DNA from: Flavobacteriales bacterium
GTDB lineage: Bacteria > Bacteroidota > Bacteroidia > NS11-12g > UBA955
Reading direction: 5' to 3'
Length of the DNA stretch: 64,000 nt
Assembly (NCBI GenBank): GCA_947463125.1
Contig: CANHQZ010000002.1
Span: 46,951-110,950 of the forward strand
Position numbers and translations under genes: made by a program
Part shown: piece after piece, positions 7,496 through 16,593 of the stretch
How the letters are laid out: each line of letters opens with the position of its first letter
Numbering within the stretch: position 1 is the first letter of the stretch
The notes under the pieces: model-generated
Seen by the model: only the letters and a program-made list of their open reading frames with translations
What the model was told of the DNA's origin: nothing
Database searches by the model: none

Positions 7496-9949
7496 TTAGA
7501 ATTCTGCCCGTAGCCGAATATTCAGCCTTCTTCCTGTAAGGTATTCGGGCACGCCGTAAACATTGTTTTCAATGTCTTTTACCCAGTTGTAGGAAATAAC
7601 ATTGTTGATTCCCAGAATATTGAAAATCTCTACGCTAATCCAGGTTTCCTGCAGTTTTCTGAGTAGGCCGGTTCTGGGTCTGTCTTTGTCATTTCGGCTC
7701 AGTATTACCTTGCTGAACCCCATATCCAGCCTGCGGTAAGGTGGAATGGTGTTGGGACGCGCCGCATATCGGCTTTGTCCATCGAGAAAATAAGGCATAC
7801 CGGTTCCTATAATCATATTCAGGTTTACACGGAATGTAGGATTACCGGGCAGCTGGTCCTGAAGCATAGCGGCAAAATTGACCCTTCTGTCCGTGGGTCT
7901 TCTCAGCCATTCGCTTTGAACCAGTTCTCCACTGTTGTTGGTGTAATTGATTCTCTCGCGGGTTTGCAGTACGCTTAGGGTAAACCAGCTTTCCAGTCCT
8001 TTGATAAATTCTCCGTTTATGCGATTGTCTACACCCCAGGCATAGCCCGAGCTGCTGTTTTCTGCATAATAACGAACGCGGATATTGTCGTATAGATAGG
8101 GAACCAGCCTGTCAAGATGTTTGTAATACGCCTCGGTGGTGAATTTGAATTTGCGGCTCCACATGTATATGAACCTGTCGGTACCCGCCACCAGGTGCCA
8201 TGCCTGCTGTGCCTGCAATTGCCTGTTTAAAACCCCTGAAAAGTTGCGCAACTCCCTGAAATAGCCCTGCTGAAAATAGCCACCCGCTGCCAGTTTGATG
8301 ATTTTATCCTTCTTTTTCAAACTGTCGGGCAAACCTGCATTTAGCTTTTTGTTGGGCTCCCAGCTGAACTGAAGCCTGGGAGTAACAAAAAATTCATTGT
8401 TTACCTGCCACCACTGCCCTCGCAACCCCACATTCAACCACATATTGCGCTGTTTGTCCAGCCTGAATTTGTTTTGTACAAACCCCTGTACCCGAAAACT
8501 TTCCAGTGTATTGCGTGAATTTACCTGGTCATCCAGAATGATACTGTCTGAAGCAAAGCCAAACGGGCGAATGTTGTACATCGCACTGTCATTATAGCGC
8601 CACTCTTTGTAGCGGTCCGATATGCGTTCATGGTTTACACGTAAGCCATATTTGAAAATATTGCGTTTATCGGGCTTGGTGAAAGTGCCAATGTGTGAGA
8701 AGTTGAGAATACGGCTCTGTAATCGGTTTCTGCCATGGTCCAGAAAATAGCCAAAGCCCAGCGTTTTGAGCGGTTTGCCGTATGTTTTGCTTCCCATGTC
8801 CCGGTCAAGCAGGCTCAGCTGGTAAGCTCCTTCAATATCAAACAATTCCTGCTCTGAGGTTCCTGTTGCGCTGAAAATCCACTTGAATTCTTTGCCTGCA
8901 TCCGGATTAAACTTGAAGGTAAGCGCTCCCATAGCATAATCATAATTCATCTGCTCGGCTCCGGCCATGCCCACATCCAGCTGATAAGCCTGAGAAACGG
9001 TTCCAAACTCGGTTCTTCTGCTTTCAGGTGTAAGGTTGTAGCGGTTCAAAGCCATATTACCCAGAAATTCTACCTTCCAGCGCCTCCACAATTTGCGGCT
9101 AATCAGCGTTTGTACATCAGCAAAATTCATGCGGTAGGCTCCCTGAAGATCCAAACTTCCGGTAAGTAATGAATTGCTAAAATGCCTCACACCCAGAATT
9201 GCTGATGTCTTTTTTGTTTTTCCTTCAATGGCAAAACTGTTCAGCAAAAGCCCGGCTGTGGCTGAAACGGAAAAAGCTGTGGGTTGCACGTATTCCACAT
9301 CCAGCACACTGCTCATTTTATCTCCATACTGGGCATCAAAACCACCGGCACTGAATTTGAGGGTTTTAACCAAATCAGGGTTGATGAAACTTAAACCTTC
9401 CTGCTGTCCGCTGCTGATAAGCTGAGGACGGTAAATTTCAATATCGTTCACATAAATCAGGTTTTCATCATAGTTGCCTCCGCGAACGCTGTATTGGGAA
9501 GACAATTCGCTGTTGCTGTTGGCACCCAGTGTTTTGATGATAGCCTCAATGCCTCCGGTGGTGGGGTTCATGCGCAAATCGCGGGGTCTGATTTCATCTA
9601 GAAACGGCGTGTATTCTTCACGGCCCGAGATTTCAATTTGAGGCAAAAAATCCAGTCCGGTTCCTTCGTAGATCACCCTTTCCACCTGTGCTGACCAATC
9701 TTTGGGCAGTCGATATCCGAAAATCTTGCGGTTTCCCTGATATCCAAAAATCAGGTTGGTTAAGGGTATAGTAAAATCACCGTTATTGTCCGTTATCGCC
9801 AGCGTTTCACCATTGCTGTTTTTAATGACAATGCCAACCGCGGGATCGCCGCTGATTAGCCTGACTTTTGCCCAAAACATGGTTTTTTGCTGTGCATGTA
9901 ACTGCCCGATAATGCATAAAAGCAGCGCGAGGCAGGATTTTTTTAGCAC
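7496..9949 (-). CDS. TonB-dependent receptor-like outer-membrane protein
   Basis: Plug motif SQYSVRGGNYDENLIYVND, FSAGGFDAQYGDKMSSVLD, C-terminal EF; probable GTG start at 9949 (the track start overlaps rpe). Confidence 0.85.
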   Translation of the reverse strand: MLKKSCLALLLCIIGQLHAQQKTMFWAKVRLISGDPAVGIVIKNSNGETLAITDNNGDFTIPLTNLIFGYQGNRKIFGYRLPKDWSAQVERVIYEGTGLDFLPQIEISGREEYTPFLDEIRPRDLRMNPTTGGIEAIIKTLGANSNSELSSQYSVRGGNYDENLIYVNDIEIYRPQLISSGQQEGLSFINPDLVKTLKFSAGGFDAQYGDKMSSVLDVEYVQPTAFSVSATAGLLLNSFAIEGKTKKTSAILGVRHFSNSLLTGSLDLQGAYRMNFADVQTLISRKLWRRWKVEFLGNMALNRYNLTPESRRTEFGTVSQAYQLDVGMAGAEQMNYDYAMGALTFKFNPDAGKEFKWIFSATGTSEQELFDIEGAYQLSLLDRDMGSKTYGKPLKTLGFGYFLDHGRNRLQSRILNFSHIGTFTKPDKRNIFKYGLRVNHERISDRYKEWRYNDSAMYNIRPFGFASDSIILDDQVNSRNTLESFRVQGFVQNKFRLDKQRNMWLNVGLRGQWWQVNNEFFVTPRLQFSWEPNKKLNAGLPDSLKKKDKIIKLAAGGYFQQGYFRELRNFSGVLNRQLQAQQAWHLVAGTDRFIYMWSRKFKFTTEAYYKHLDRLVPYLYDNIRVRYYAENSSSGYAWGVDNRINGEFIKGLESWFTLSVLQTRERINYTNNSGELVQSEWLRRPTDRRVNFAAMLQDQLPGNPTFRVNLNMIIGTGMPYFLDGQSRYAARPNTIPPYRRLDMGFSKVILSRNDKDRPRTGLLRKLQETWISVEIFNILGINNVISYNWVKDIENNVYGVPEYLTGRRLNIRLRAEF

Positions 9950-9980
9950 AGATATGAAACGAAAAAGGTTAATTTTTCTT

Positions 9981-10640
9981 TTATGAATTGGCCGTTTTGT
10001 GAAGTGCAGCAATGGTAGCCAAAGGATCCGGGGTGGCAAAAACAGCATTTCCTGCTACCAGAACATCTGCCCCGGCCTTTGCCAGGGCGAGTGCATTGGA
10101 CTCTGATACACCGCCATCCACTTCGATCAATGCCTGAGAATTGCGTTGTAAAATCATTTCTTTCAATTCGGAAACCTTGCGATAGGTGTTTTCAATAAAA
10201 GCCTGTCCGCCAAAACCGGGATTTACACTCATGATCAGCACCAGGTCGCAATCCTGAATGATGTCATGCAGCAAAGAAACCGGTGTGTGTGGATTTAAAG
10301 CCACACCTGCCTTCATGCCTTGTTTTCTTATTTCAGCAAGGCTGCGGTGCAGGTGAGTACTGGCCTCATAATGGACAGTCAGAACGTCTGCGCCGGCTTC
10401 TGCAAAACGCTGAATGTAGCGCTCGGGTTCCACAATCATCAGGTGCACATCAAGTGTTTTGGATGCGTGCTTTTTCAGCACATTCATTACGGGAAAACCA
10501 AAGGAAATGTTGGGAACAAAAACCCCGTCCATCACATCCACATGATACCAGCCGGCATCACTTTGGTTGATCATTTCACAGTCTCGCTGAAGGTTGCCGA
10601 AATCGGCAGAGAGTACTGAAGGAGCAATAATGACTGACAT
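9981..10640 (-). CDS. rpe: Ribulose-phosphate 3-epimerase
   Basis: IAPSVLSADF, HVDVMDGVFVPN, DVHLM, MSVNPGFGGQ, EVDGG. Confidence 0.97.
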   Translation of the reverse strand: MSVIIAPSVLSADFGNLQRDCEMINQSDAGWYHVDVMDGVFVPNISFGFPVMNVLKKHASKTLDVHLMIVEPERYIQRFAEAGADVLTVHYEASTHLHRSLAEIRKQGMKAGVALNPHTPVSLLHDIIQDCDLVLIMSVNPGFGGQAFIENTYRKVSELKEMILQRNSQALIEVDGGVSESNALALAKAGADVLVAGNAVFATPDPLATIAALHKTANS

Positions 10641-10697
10641 TATGGCAAAGGTATAATAAATATTGGTAACTGCCCCAGGCCGCTGTTTGGGCGTTTG

Positions 10698-11153
10698 TCA
10701 TTTTTTAAACGCGGATTCATACAATTGAATCCACGCATCGGCAGACATTTTACCGCACAATTTTCCAATCAGACCCAATGGGATTTCACTCCCGTACTTA
10801 AAACGAATGCAGCTCTTGCCCATATCCAGCTTCTTTGTGTTGCAGGATTTCAATTCAATTTCAAACCAATCCATTAGCTTTGGATTTGCATACAGACCCA
10901 TATGATACAATGCAATGTGGTTTTTTTGTGCCGCCATACTAATAAACGGCAACGGCGTATCGGATTTGCAGTGATAGCCGTCAGGATAGAGGGAGAGGGG
11001 CACAACCCAGGAAGGCATGTTGTACTGGATTTGTGCTTCAAAACCTTCCGGAATATTCGCTGAAACAGCCTCTGCGAGTGGCATTAGCATGGCCGCTTTC
11101 TCTTCGCCAATTCCGTTGAAGTAAGATTCAAAAACGGTCAGGTTGTGTTGCAT
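10698..11153 (-). CDS. DUF1801 domain protein
   Basis: YPDGYHC...PLPFISMAAQKNHIALYHMG...LDMGKSCIRFK pattern. Confidence 0.75.
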   Translation of the reverse strand: MQHNLTVFESYFNGIGEEKAAMLMPLAEAVSANIPEGFEAQIQYNMPSWVVPLSLYPDGYHCKSDTPLPFISMAAQKNHIALYHMGLYANPKLMDWFEIELKSCNTKKLDMGKSCIRFKYGSEIPLGLIGKLCGKMSADAWIQLYESAFKK

Positions 11154-11934
11154 ACATGGTTTTGTAAAGGGTTACACATTCCTTCGCTTCTTTCACATCG
11201 TGCACACGTAAAATATCTGCGCCATGGATCAAAGCCGCCATGTGCAGTGCCGTGGTGCCGTTCAGTGCCCCGGCCGCAGAGGTTTGCAGTGTTTTCCAGA
11301 TCATGCTTTTTCTGGAAATGCCTACCAGTAAAGGGTTTCCCAGTTTTTTAAATTCACCAAGGTTTCGCAGCAGCTCAAAGTTATGCGCCACTGTTTTGCC
11401 AAAACCGAATCCGGGATCAATTATCCAGTTCTTTATTCCCAGTGATTGGAACAAAGTCTGTTTTTTTTCGAAATAACCGAAAACATCCTCGGTGACATTT
11501 TGATAAAAAGGATTTTTCTGCATGTTTTGCGGATTGCCTTGCTTGTGCATGGCCACGTACGTGACCTTGCTGTCAGCGATAAAGGAAAGCATGGCTTCAT
11601 CGTCTTCCCCGGCTGAAATGTCATTGACCACGGAAGCTCCTTTTGAAACAGCAAGCCTGGCAACATGACTGTAGAAGGTGTCCACACTGATGGTAGCTTT
11701 CGGGAATGCGCTGACCAAGCTCTCAATGACCGGTAGCACCCTGTCTGCTTCCTCACCGGCTGAAACAAGAATTGCTCCCGGTCGGGTGCTTTGTCCGCCA
11801 ATATCCAGCATATCGGCGCCATCCTCCAGCATTTTACCTGCCACATCTACCGCTTTTTGATTCACAATGCGGCTACCTTCGAAGAAAGAATCCGGCGTGG
11901 CATTGAGAATGCCCATGATGGAAATGTGGCTCAT
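11128..11934 (-). CDS. folP: Dihydropteroate synthase
   Basis: MGILNATPDSF, DIGGQSTRPG, IDPGFGFGK, GISRKS, ILRVHDV. Confidence 0.97.
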   Translation of the reverse strand: MSHISIMGILNATPDSFFEGSRIVNQKAVDVAGKMLEDGADMLDIGGQSTRPGAILVSAGEEADRVLPVIESLVSAFPKATISVDTFYSHVARLAVSKGASVVNDISAGEDDEAMLSFIADSKVTYVAMHKQGNPQNMQKNPFYQNVTEDVFGYFEKKQTLFQSLGIKNWIIDPGFGFGKTVAHNFELLRNLGEFKKLGNPLLVGISRKSMIWKTLQTSAAGALNGTTALHMAALIHGADILRVHDVKEAKECVTLYKTMYATQPDRF

Positions 11935-11952
11935 GGGTTTTGTTTATCTGCC

Positions 11953-13365
11953 TTACTTTATGGTTTCATCGGGATTGCCTGCCATTTTCTCTGGCTTAAC
12001 CCATTCATCAAACTGTTCGCTGTTCAGTAAGCCAAGTTCTACTGCCGCCTCCCGCAGGGTTTTGTTTTCTTTGTGGGCTTTCTTGGCAATTTTGGCCGCA
12101 TTTTCATAACCAATATGGGTATTTAACGCAGTTACCAGCATCAGGCTTTGCTCTACCAATTGTTGAATTCTGGTATGGTTGGGTTCAATGCCCTGTGCAC
12201 AGTGTGTATCAAAACTCAGGCATGCCTGGCCCAGCAGGCGAGCACTCTGCAGCAAATTGGCCGCAATAACGGGTTTGTATACATTCAGTTCAAAATGCCC
12301 CTGTGAACCGGCAAACGAAACAGCCACATCATTTCCCATAATCTGAGCGCAAACCATGGTAAGTGCCTCGGGCTGTGTTGGATTTACTTTTCCGGGCATA
12401 ATGCTGCTGCCGGGCTCATTTTCAGGGATGATGATTTCACCAATGCCGCTGCGTGGACCGCTGCTGATCATGCGAATGTCATTGGCAATCTTGAAACAGC
12501 TTACCGCTGCTCTTTTAATAGCCCCATGCAGTTCCACCATGGCATCATGGGCGGCTAATGCTTCAAATTTATTGGGTGCAGAAACCATCGGCAAGCCGGT
12601 TTCTTCGGCTATGAGTCTGGCAACAAGGGTAGCATATCCTTTGGGTGCATTCAGTCCGGTTCCCACAGCGGTTCCGCCAAGCGCTATTTCTGCGGCCGGC
12701 AGCAAAGCCCTGTTGATGGCAGCTACACCGTTTTCAAGCTGGGTAACGTATCCGCTGAATTCCTGACCCAACGTGAGGGGAGTCGCATCCATGAAGTGTG
12801 TGCGGCCAATCTTTACGATATCCTTGAAATCGCGTGATTTATGTTTGAGGGTGGTTTTCAGTGCCTGAATTCCGGGAAGTGTGTAATCCACTACCTGCTT
12901 GAAAACAGCAATGCTCATAGCGGTGGGAAAAGTATCGTTGCTGCTCTGACTCTTGTTTACATCATCATTGGGGTGCAGCACCTTGTTTTCATCGGTAAGT
13001 TTACCTCCGCTCAGCACATGTGCCCGGTTGGCAATTACCTCATTCACATTCATATTGCTCTGGGTACCACTGCCGGTTTGCCATATTACAAGCGGAAATT
13101 CAGCATCCAGCTTACCCTCAATAATTTCATCACAAACCTGCACGATGAGGTTTTTCTTCTCTTCGCTGAGTACACCCAGCTGGAAGTTTGCAAGGGCTGC
13201 GCACTTTTTTAGTACGCCGAATGCCCTGATGATTTCCATCGGCATGCTGCCTTCGGGTCCTATTTTAAAATTGTTTCTGCTGCGTTCGGTTTGGGCGCCC
13301 CAGTAGCGCTCTGCGGGCACTTTTACCTCGCCCATGGTATCGTGTTCTATACGGTATGTTGTCAT
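11953..13365 (-). CDS. fumC: Fumarate hydratase class II
   Basis: [11 protein letters not shown] signature, [22 protein letters not shown]. Confidence 0.98.
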   Translation of the reverse strand: MTTYRIEHDTMGEVKVPAERYWGAQTERSRNNFKIGPEGSMPMEIIRAFGVLKKCAALANFQLGVLSEEKKNLIVQVCDEIIEGKLDAEFPLVIWQTGSGTQSNMNVNEVIANRAHVLSGGKLTDENKVLHPNDDVNKSQSSNDTFPTAMSIAVFKQVVDYTLPGIQALKTTLKHKSRDFKDIVKIGRTHFMDATPLTLGQEFSGYVTQLENGVAAINRALLPAAEIALGGTAVGTGLNAPKGYATLVARLIAEETGLPMVSAPNKFEALAAHDAMVELHGAIKRAAVSCFKIANDIRMISSGPRSGIGEIIIPENEPGSSIMPGKVNPTQPEALTMVCAQIMGNDVAVSFAGSQGHFELNVYKPVIAANLLQSARLLGQACLSFDTHCAQGIEPNHTRIQQLVEQSLMLVTALNTHIGYENAAKIAKKAHKENKTLREAAVELGLLNSEQFDEWVKPEKMAGNPDETIK

Positions 13366-13691
13366 AACAAAAGCTTAGGCTGCAAAGTTAATACCTGATT
13401 CTGTATGCCATGCCTTTTTGCGAAAAACAATAAATAGCTCAATAAAAATAAGTAAAAAACGCAATTAGGAAGAAGTTTTATTTTCAATTATATTGTATAT
13501 CAAAACTTTAAATTGTTTTTATAATGTTTCTATTTTGTGCAACAGGATGAATAGAGATAAGCTATACACCCGTTTGTTCAATTTTTTATGATTTTTACTT
13601 TTTTTGTTTAAAACAAAAAATGCAAATCAAGTGTTTTTAAAGGTGTTGTTTGTAATTAGTTCTACAATATACAAAAGATCAATTCAATGTA

Positions 13692-13705
13692 ATGACCAAT
13701 GTCAT
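13692..13705. promoter_or_regulatory. Crp/Fnr-type palindrome ATGAC-CAAT-GTCAT upstream of the sensor kinase
   Basis: Perfect 5-N4-5 palindrome ~35 bp upstream of TACTTTTG (13740-13747); near copy at 16162. Confidence 0.6.
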
Positions 13706-13840
13706 ACTTAATTTTCAAACATTTGAAAGACAGCCTGTATACTTTTGAACCGTCAAATACAGAAAGAAATTGCATTTGTTTCTATATCAAAAACTAAAAA
13801 ATAAATTAAAAAACAGTCGTTTTTGAGAGGAACCTAAGTG

Positions 13841-15109
13841 ATGGAAAGAGAAGCTACACAGGATAAGGAAGTTTGGCAAAAAATGTTGCTGACGGCGTTT
13901 CAGCAATCCGGTGAGGCAATATTGTTGCTGGATTATAAAGGGAAAATAGTAACAGCCAATCCGGCGGCCAGAAAACTGTTTGGTTATAATAATACGGAAG
14001 ACGGACAGCTGAGCATTGATGATTTACTGAAAGCAGGCAAAGAGTCTGACACAAGGACAACCATTCCTGACTTAATCAAAATTACTGAGAAAAACATTCA
14101 CGGAGTAACCAGGGAGAAGCATATATTTCCGGTCTCGGTGCGAATGGTAAGCCTTAGCACATTAGGTTCGGTATATGCACTTTTGTTTATCACTGCCCTT
14201 GAAAGTCGGCTGATAAAGGATAAAACCCTTCAAAGGCGCAATGCTGAAATCACAAGGCTAAAAGAATCTTTAAATCATCTGAAGAACAACGCCGAAAGGG
14301 CCTTGAGAGACAGAACACAGATTCTGCAGGAAACAGTAGATTCTTTGGTCGAAATACAAAAACAACTGCGGCAGGCATTGGAAAAGGAAATAGAGGCCAA
14401 TGAGAAATGCTCAAAGTTTGCCTATCTCATTTCCCACGAATACAGAAATCCGCTCACTTTTATTCACACTTCCCTCGATCTTATTGAGCGTTATGGCCAA
14501 AAAGAAACACCTTTGGGCAAAGCGCAGCTGGAGCATTTGCAAAAAGCAAGAGAGCAGGTTAAACAACTGGTTTCCGTTACGGATGAATTGCTATTTTTAA
14601 ATGCAATTAGAGATGGAAGCCATAAGTTGAAAACCACAGAGGTTGAGATTACGGAATTGCTGGACAAAATCGCAAAGAGCTGGAGCCAAATCCCAAAGGA
14701 TGGGCATAATATTAATATCAGGTTGAATCTGCCGGAAAAGGTTGTCATTGAAACGAATGGTGATCTGCTAAAGCAGGCTTTGAATAACCTTGTCAGTAAC
14801 GCTGTTAAATATTCTGACGGGAACGGAGAGGTGGTCATAGAATGTGATGAGGATGAGGACGCCTGTATGATTAAAGTAAAAGATCAGGGGAGAGGAATTC
14901 CCCGCGAAGAACTGCATAAACTTAGCAACGGATTCTACAGAGCCAGCAATTCCGGAGACGTCTCCGGTAATGGGCTGGGGCTTTTTATTGTCCGTCAGTT
15001 TCTTGAGCATCTTAATGGAAAATTAGAACTTGCTAGTGAACTTAATCTTGGAACATGTGCAACCATTAGATTACCAAAGAAATATGAAGAAAAAAGTATT
15101 GCTGATTGA
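13841..15109 (+). CDS. PAS domain sensor histidine kinase (soluble)
   Basis: PAS (ANPAARKLFGY), coiled-coil linker, H-box SHEYRNPL, N-box NLVSNAVKYS, DQGRGI, GNGLGL; no TM segment. Confidence 0.93.
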   Translation: MEREATQDKEVWQKMLLTAFQQSGEAILLLDYKGKIVTANPAARKLFGYNNTEDGQLSIDDLLKAGKESDTRTTIPDLIKITEKNIHGVTREKHIFPVSVRMVSLSTLGSVYALLFITALESRLIKDKTLQRRNAEITRLKESLNHLKNNAERALRDRTQILQETVDSLVEIQKQLRQALEKEIEANEKCSKFAYLISHEYRNPLTFIHTSLDLIERYGQKETPLGKAQLEHLQKAREQVKQLVSVTDELLFLNAIRDGSHKLKTTEVEITELLDKIAKSWSQIPKDGHNINIRLNLPEKVVIETNGDLLKQALNNLVSNAVKYSDGNGEVVIECDEDEDACMIKVKDQGRGIPREELHKLSNGFYRASNSGDVSGNGLGLFIVRQFLEHLNGKLELASELNLGTCATIRLPKKYEEKSIAD

Positions 15110-16142
15110 CGACAGCCGCGATGTGCGCGAAAACGTCGCAGAGATTTTAACCTTGTCTGATTATGAGGTTTTGACCTCCGAAAACGGGAAAGAAGGGGTA
15201 GAGGTGGCTCAGAAAAGCCTTCCGGATATCATCGTTTGTGATATTGCCATGCCCCTGCTGGATGGATTTGGAGTGATTCATTTGTTGTCGCGGTCGCCTG
15301 AAACAGCTAATATCCCTGTTATTCTGCTCACAGCCAGAACAGACAGGGATAATTACCGCAAGGGTATGGAACTTGGCGCCGATGATTTCATTACCAAACC
15401 TTTTGAGGAAGCGGAATTGCTGAGGGCTATTGAAGCCAGGCTGCAAAAGCACAATCGTGAAAAAGATGGAAGGAATGGATCAGCAGATGGGTTTTTGTCT
15501 CTGATGAACGACGCGCGTTCCCTTGAGGCATTCAAGGAAGCCGCCGGAGAAGGATTGATTTTTGATTTTCAGAAAAGAGAATATGTGTATCGGGAAGGGA
15601 ATCAGCCCCGCTATGTATACTTTATTGAGTCAGGAAAGGTGAAAACAGTGCTGCTGAGCAACGATGGCAAGGAATTGATGACGGGATTGTATGGAGAAGG
15701 AGATATTTTTGGTCATATTGCCATGCTGGAAGAGGCTGAGTACACGGAATCTGCCATTGCGGTAGAACCGGTGAGGCTTTATGCACTAAACAAAGCGGAT
15801 TTTTTCTCACTGTTGGGAACCCATCCGGGAGCTTCTGCAAAATTTATCCGAATTATGGCCAGTCAGTTGGTTGAAGCAGAAGACAAGTTGCTGCGCCTTG
15901 CCTACGATTCTGTAAGAAAAAGGGTTGCGGAAGCGCTAGTTGAAGTCTATCGCACCTACTCATTGAGCAACGGTAAAAAAGAAATTGAAATATCCCGGCA
16001 GGAACTGGCATCCTATGTGGGTACAGCTACGGAAACAGTCATAAGAACCTTAAGTTCCTTTAAACAGGAAGGCCTTATCAATATTGTGCAAAGCAATATC
16101 GTAATAAAGGATCTGGCTGGGCTAATACGAATGAAAAACTAA
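15084..16142 (+). CDS. Response regulator with N-terminal receiver and C-terminal Crp/Fnr (cNMP-binding + HTH) domains
   Basis: LLIDD, CDIAMP, GADDFITKPF; IESGKVK, GDIFG, SRQELASYVGTATETVIRTLS. Confidence 0.92.
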   Translation: MKKKVLLIDDSRDVRENVAEILTLSDYEVLTSENGKEGVEVAQKSLPDIIVCDIAMPLLDGFGVIHLLSRSPETANIPVILLTARTDRDNYRKGMELGADDFITKPFEEAELLRAIEARLQKHNREKDGRNGSADGFLSLMNDARSLEAFKEAAGEGLIFDFQKREYVYREGNQPRYVYFIESGKVKTVLLSNDGKELMTGLYGEGDIFGHIAMLEEAEYTESAIAVEPVRLYALNKADFFSLLGTHPGASAKFIRIMASQLVEAEDKLLRLAYDSVRKRVAEALVEVYRTYSLSNGKKEIEISRQELASYVGTATETVIRTLSSFKQEGLINIVQSNIVIKDLAGLIRMKN

Positions 16143-16161
16143 AGATTATTTTTTTAAAGCA

Positions 16162-16175
16162 GTGACAAAGGTCAT
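16162..16175. promoter_or_regulatory. Second Crp/Fnr-type palindrome GTGAC-AAAG-GTCAT
   Basis: 9 of 10 arm positions match the 13692 site; upstream of TAATATTG (16200-16207) and ATG 16216. Confidence 0.5.
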
Positions 16176-16215
16176 TTTCACTTATGACGCTTTCACACTT
16201 AATATTGCTGCACGT

Positions 16216-16560
16216 ATGACCTCCGTTATAGAAAATCCGCTAATTGATTTTTCTGATTACGCTGCCGACAAGGAATTTGAAAAAAAATTTCACCTAATGT
16301 TTCCGTATCTGCGAATTGTATTGCGAAAAGTTGTTAAAATTCCGCAGAGCAATATGATAGCCAATCCACGATTGATAATTACGGAAAACACAACGGTAGA
16401 ACAAGTCTGCTATAAACTTTTAATCCGGTATGGGCGGGAAGCCATGATTCAGCGTTACACGGTGAATATCTGGCTGGATATAACCCGCTCAAAGCACTGG
16501 ACATTGAAGAATCAAAACGAAGAGGCGCGAAAGTTGTCTTGCATGAATCCGGGTTTTTAA
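16216..16560 (+). CDS. Small hypothetical protein
   Basis: ORF with FPYLRI...TVEQV...NIWLDITRSKHWTLKNQNEEA, resembling small Bacteroidota proteins; ATG 16216 preferred over the track GTG, which lies in the palindrome. Confidence 0.6.
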   Translation: MTSVIENPLIDFSDYAADKEFEKKFHLMFPYLRIVLRKVVKIPQSNMIANPRLIITENTTVEQVCYKLLIRYGREAMIQRYTVNIWLDITRSKHWTLKNQNEEARKLSCMNPGF

Positions 16561-16593
16561 TGTTTTTAAAGGACGTATCTTTGCTGCCTCAAT

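Noticed and set aside
13366..13690. AT-rich spacer as a possible CRISPR array, origin or small gene
   Set aside because: No regular direct repeats, no cluster of DnaA boxes seen, only very short ORFs
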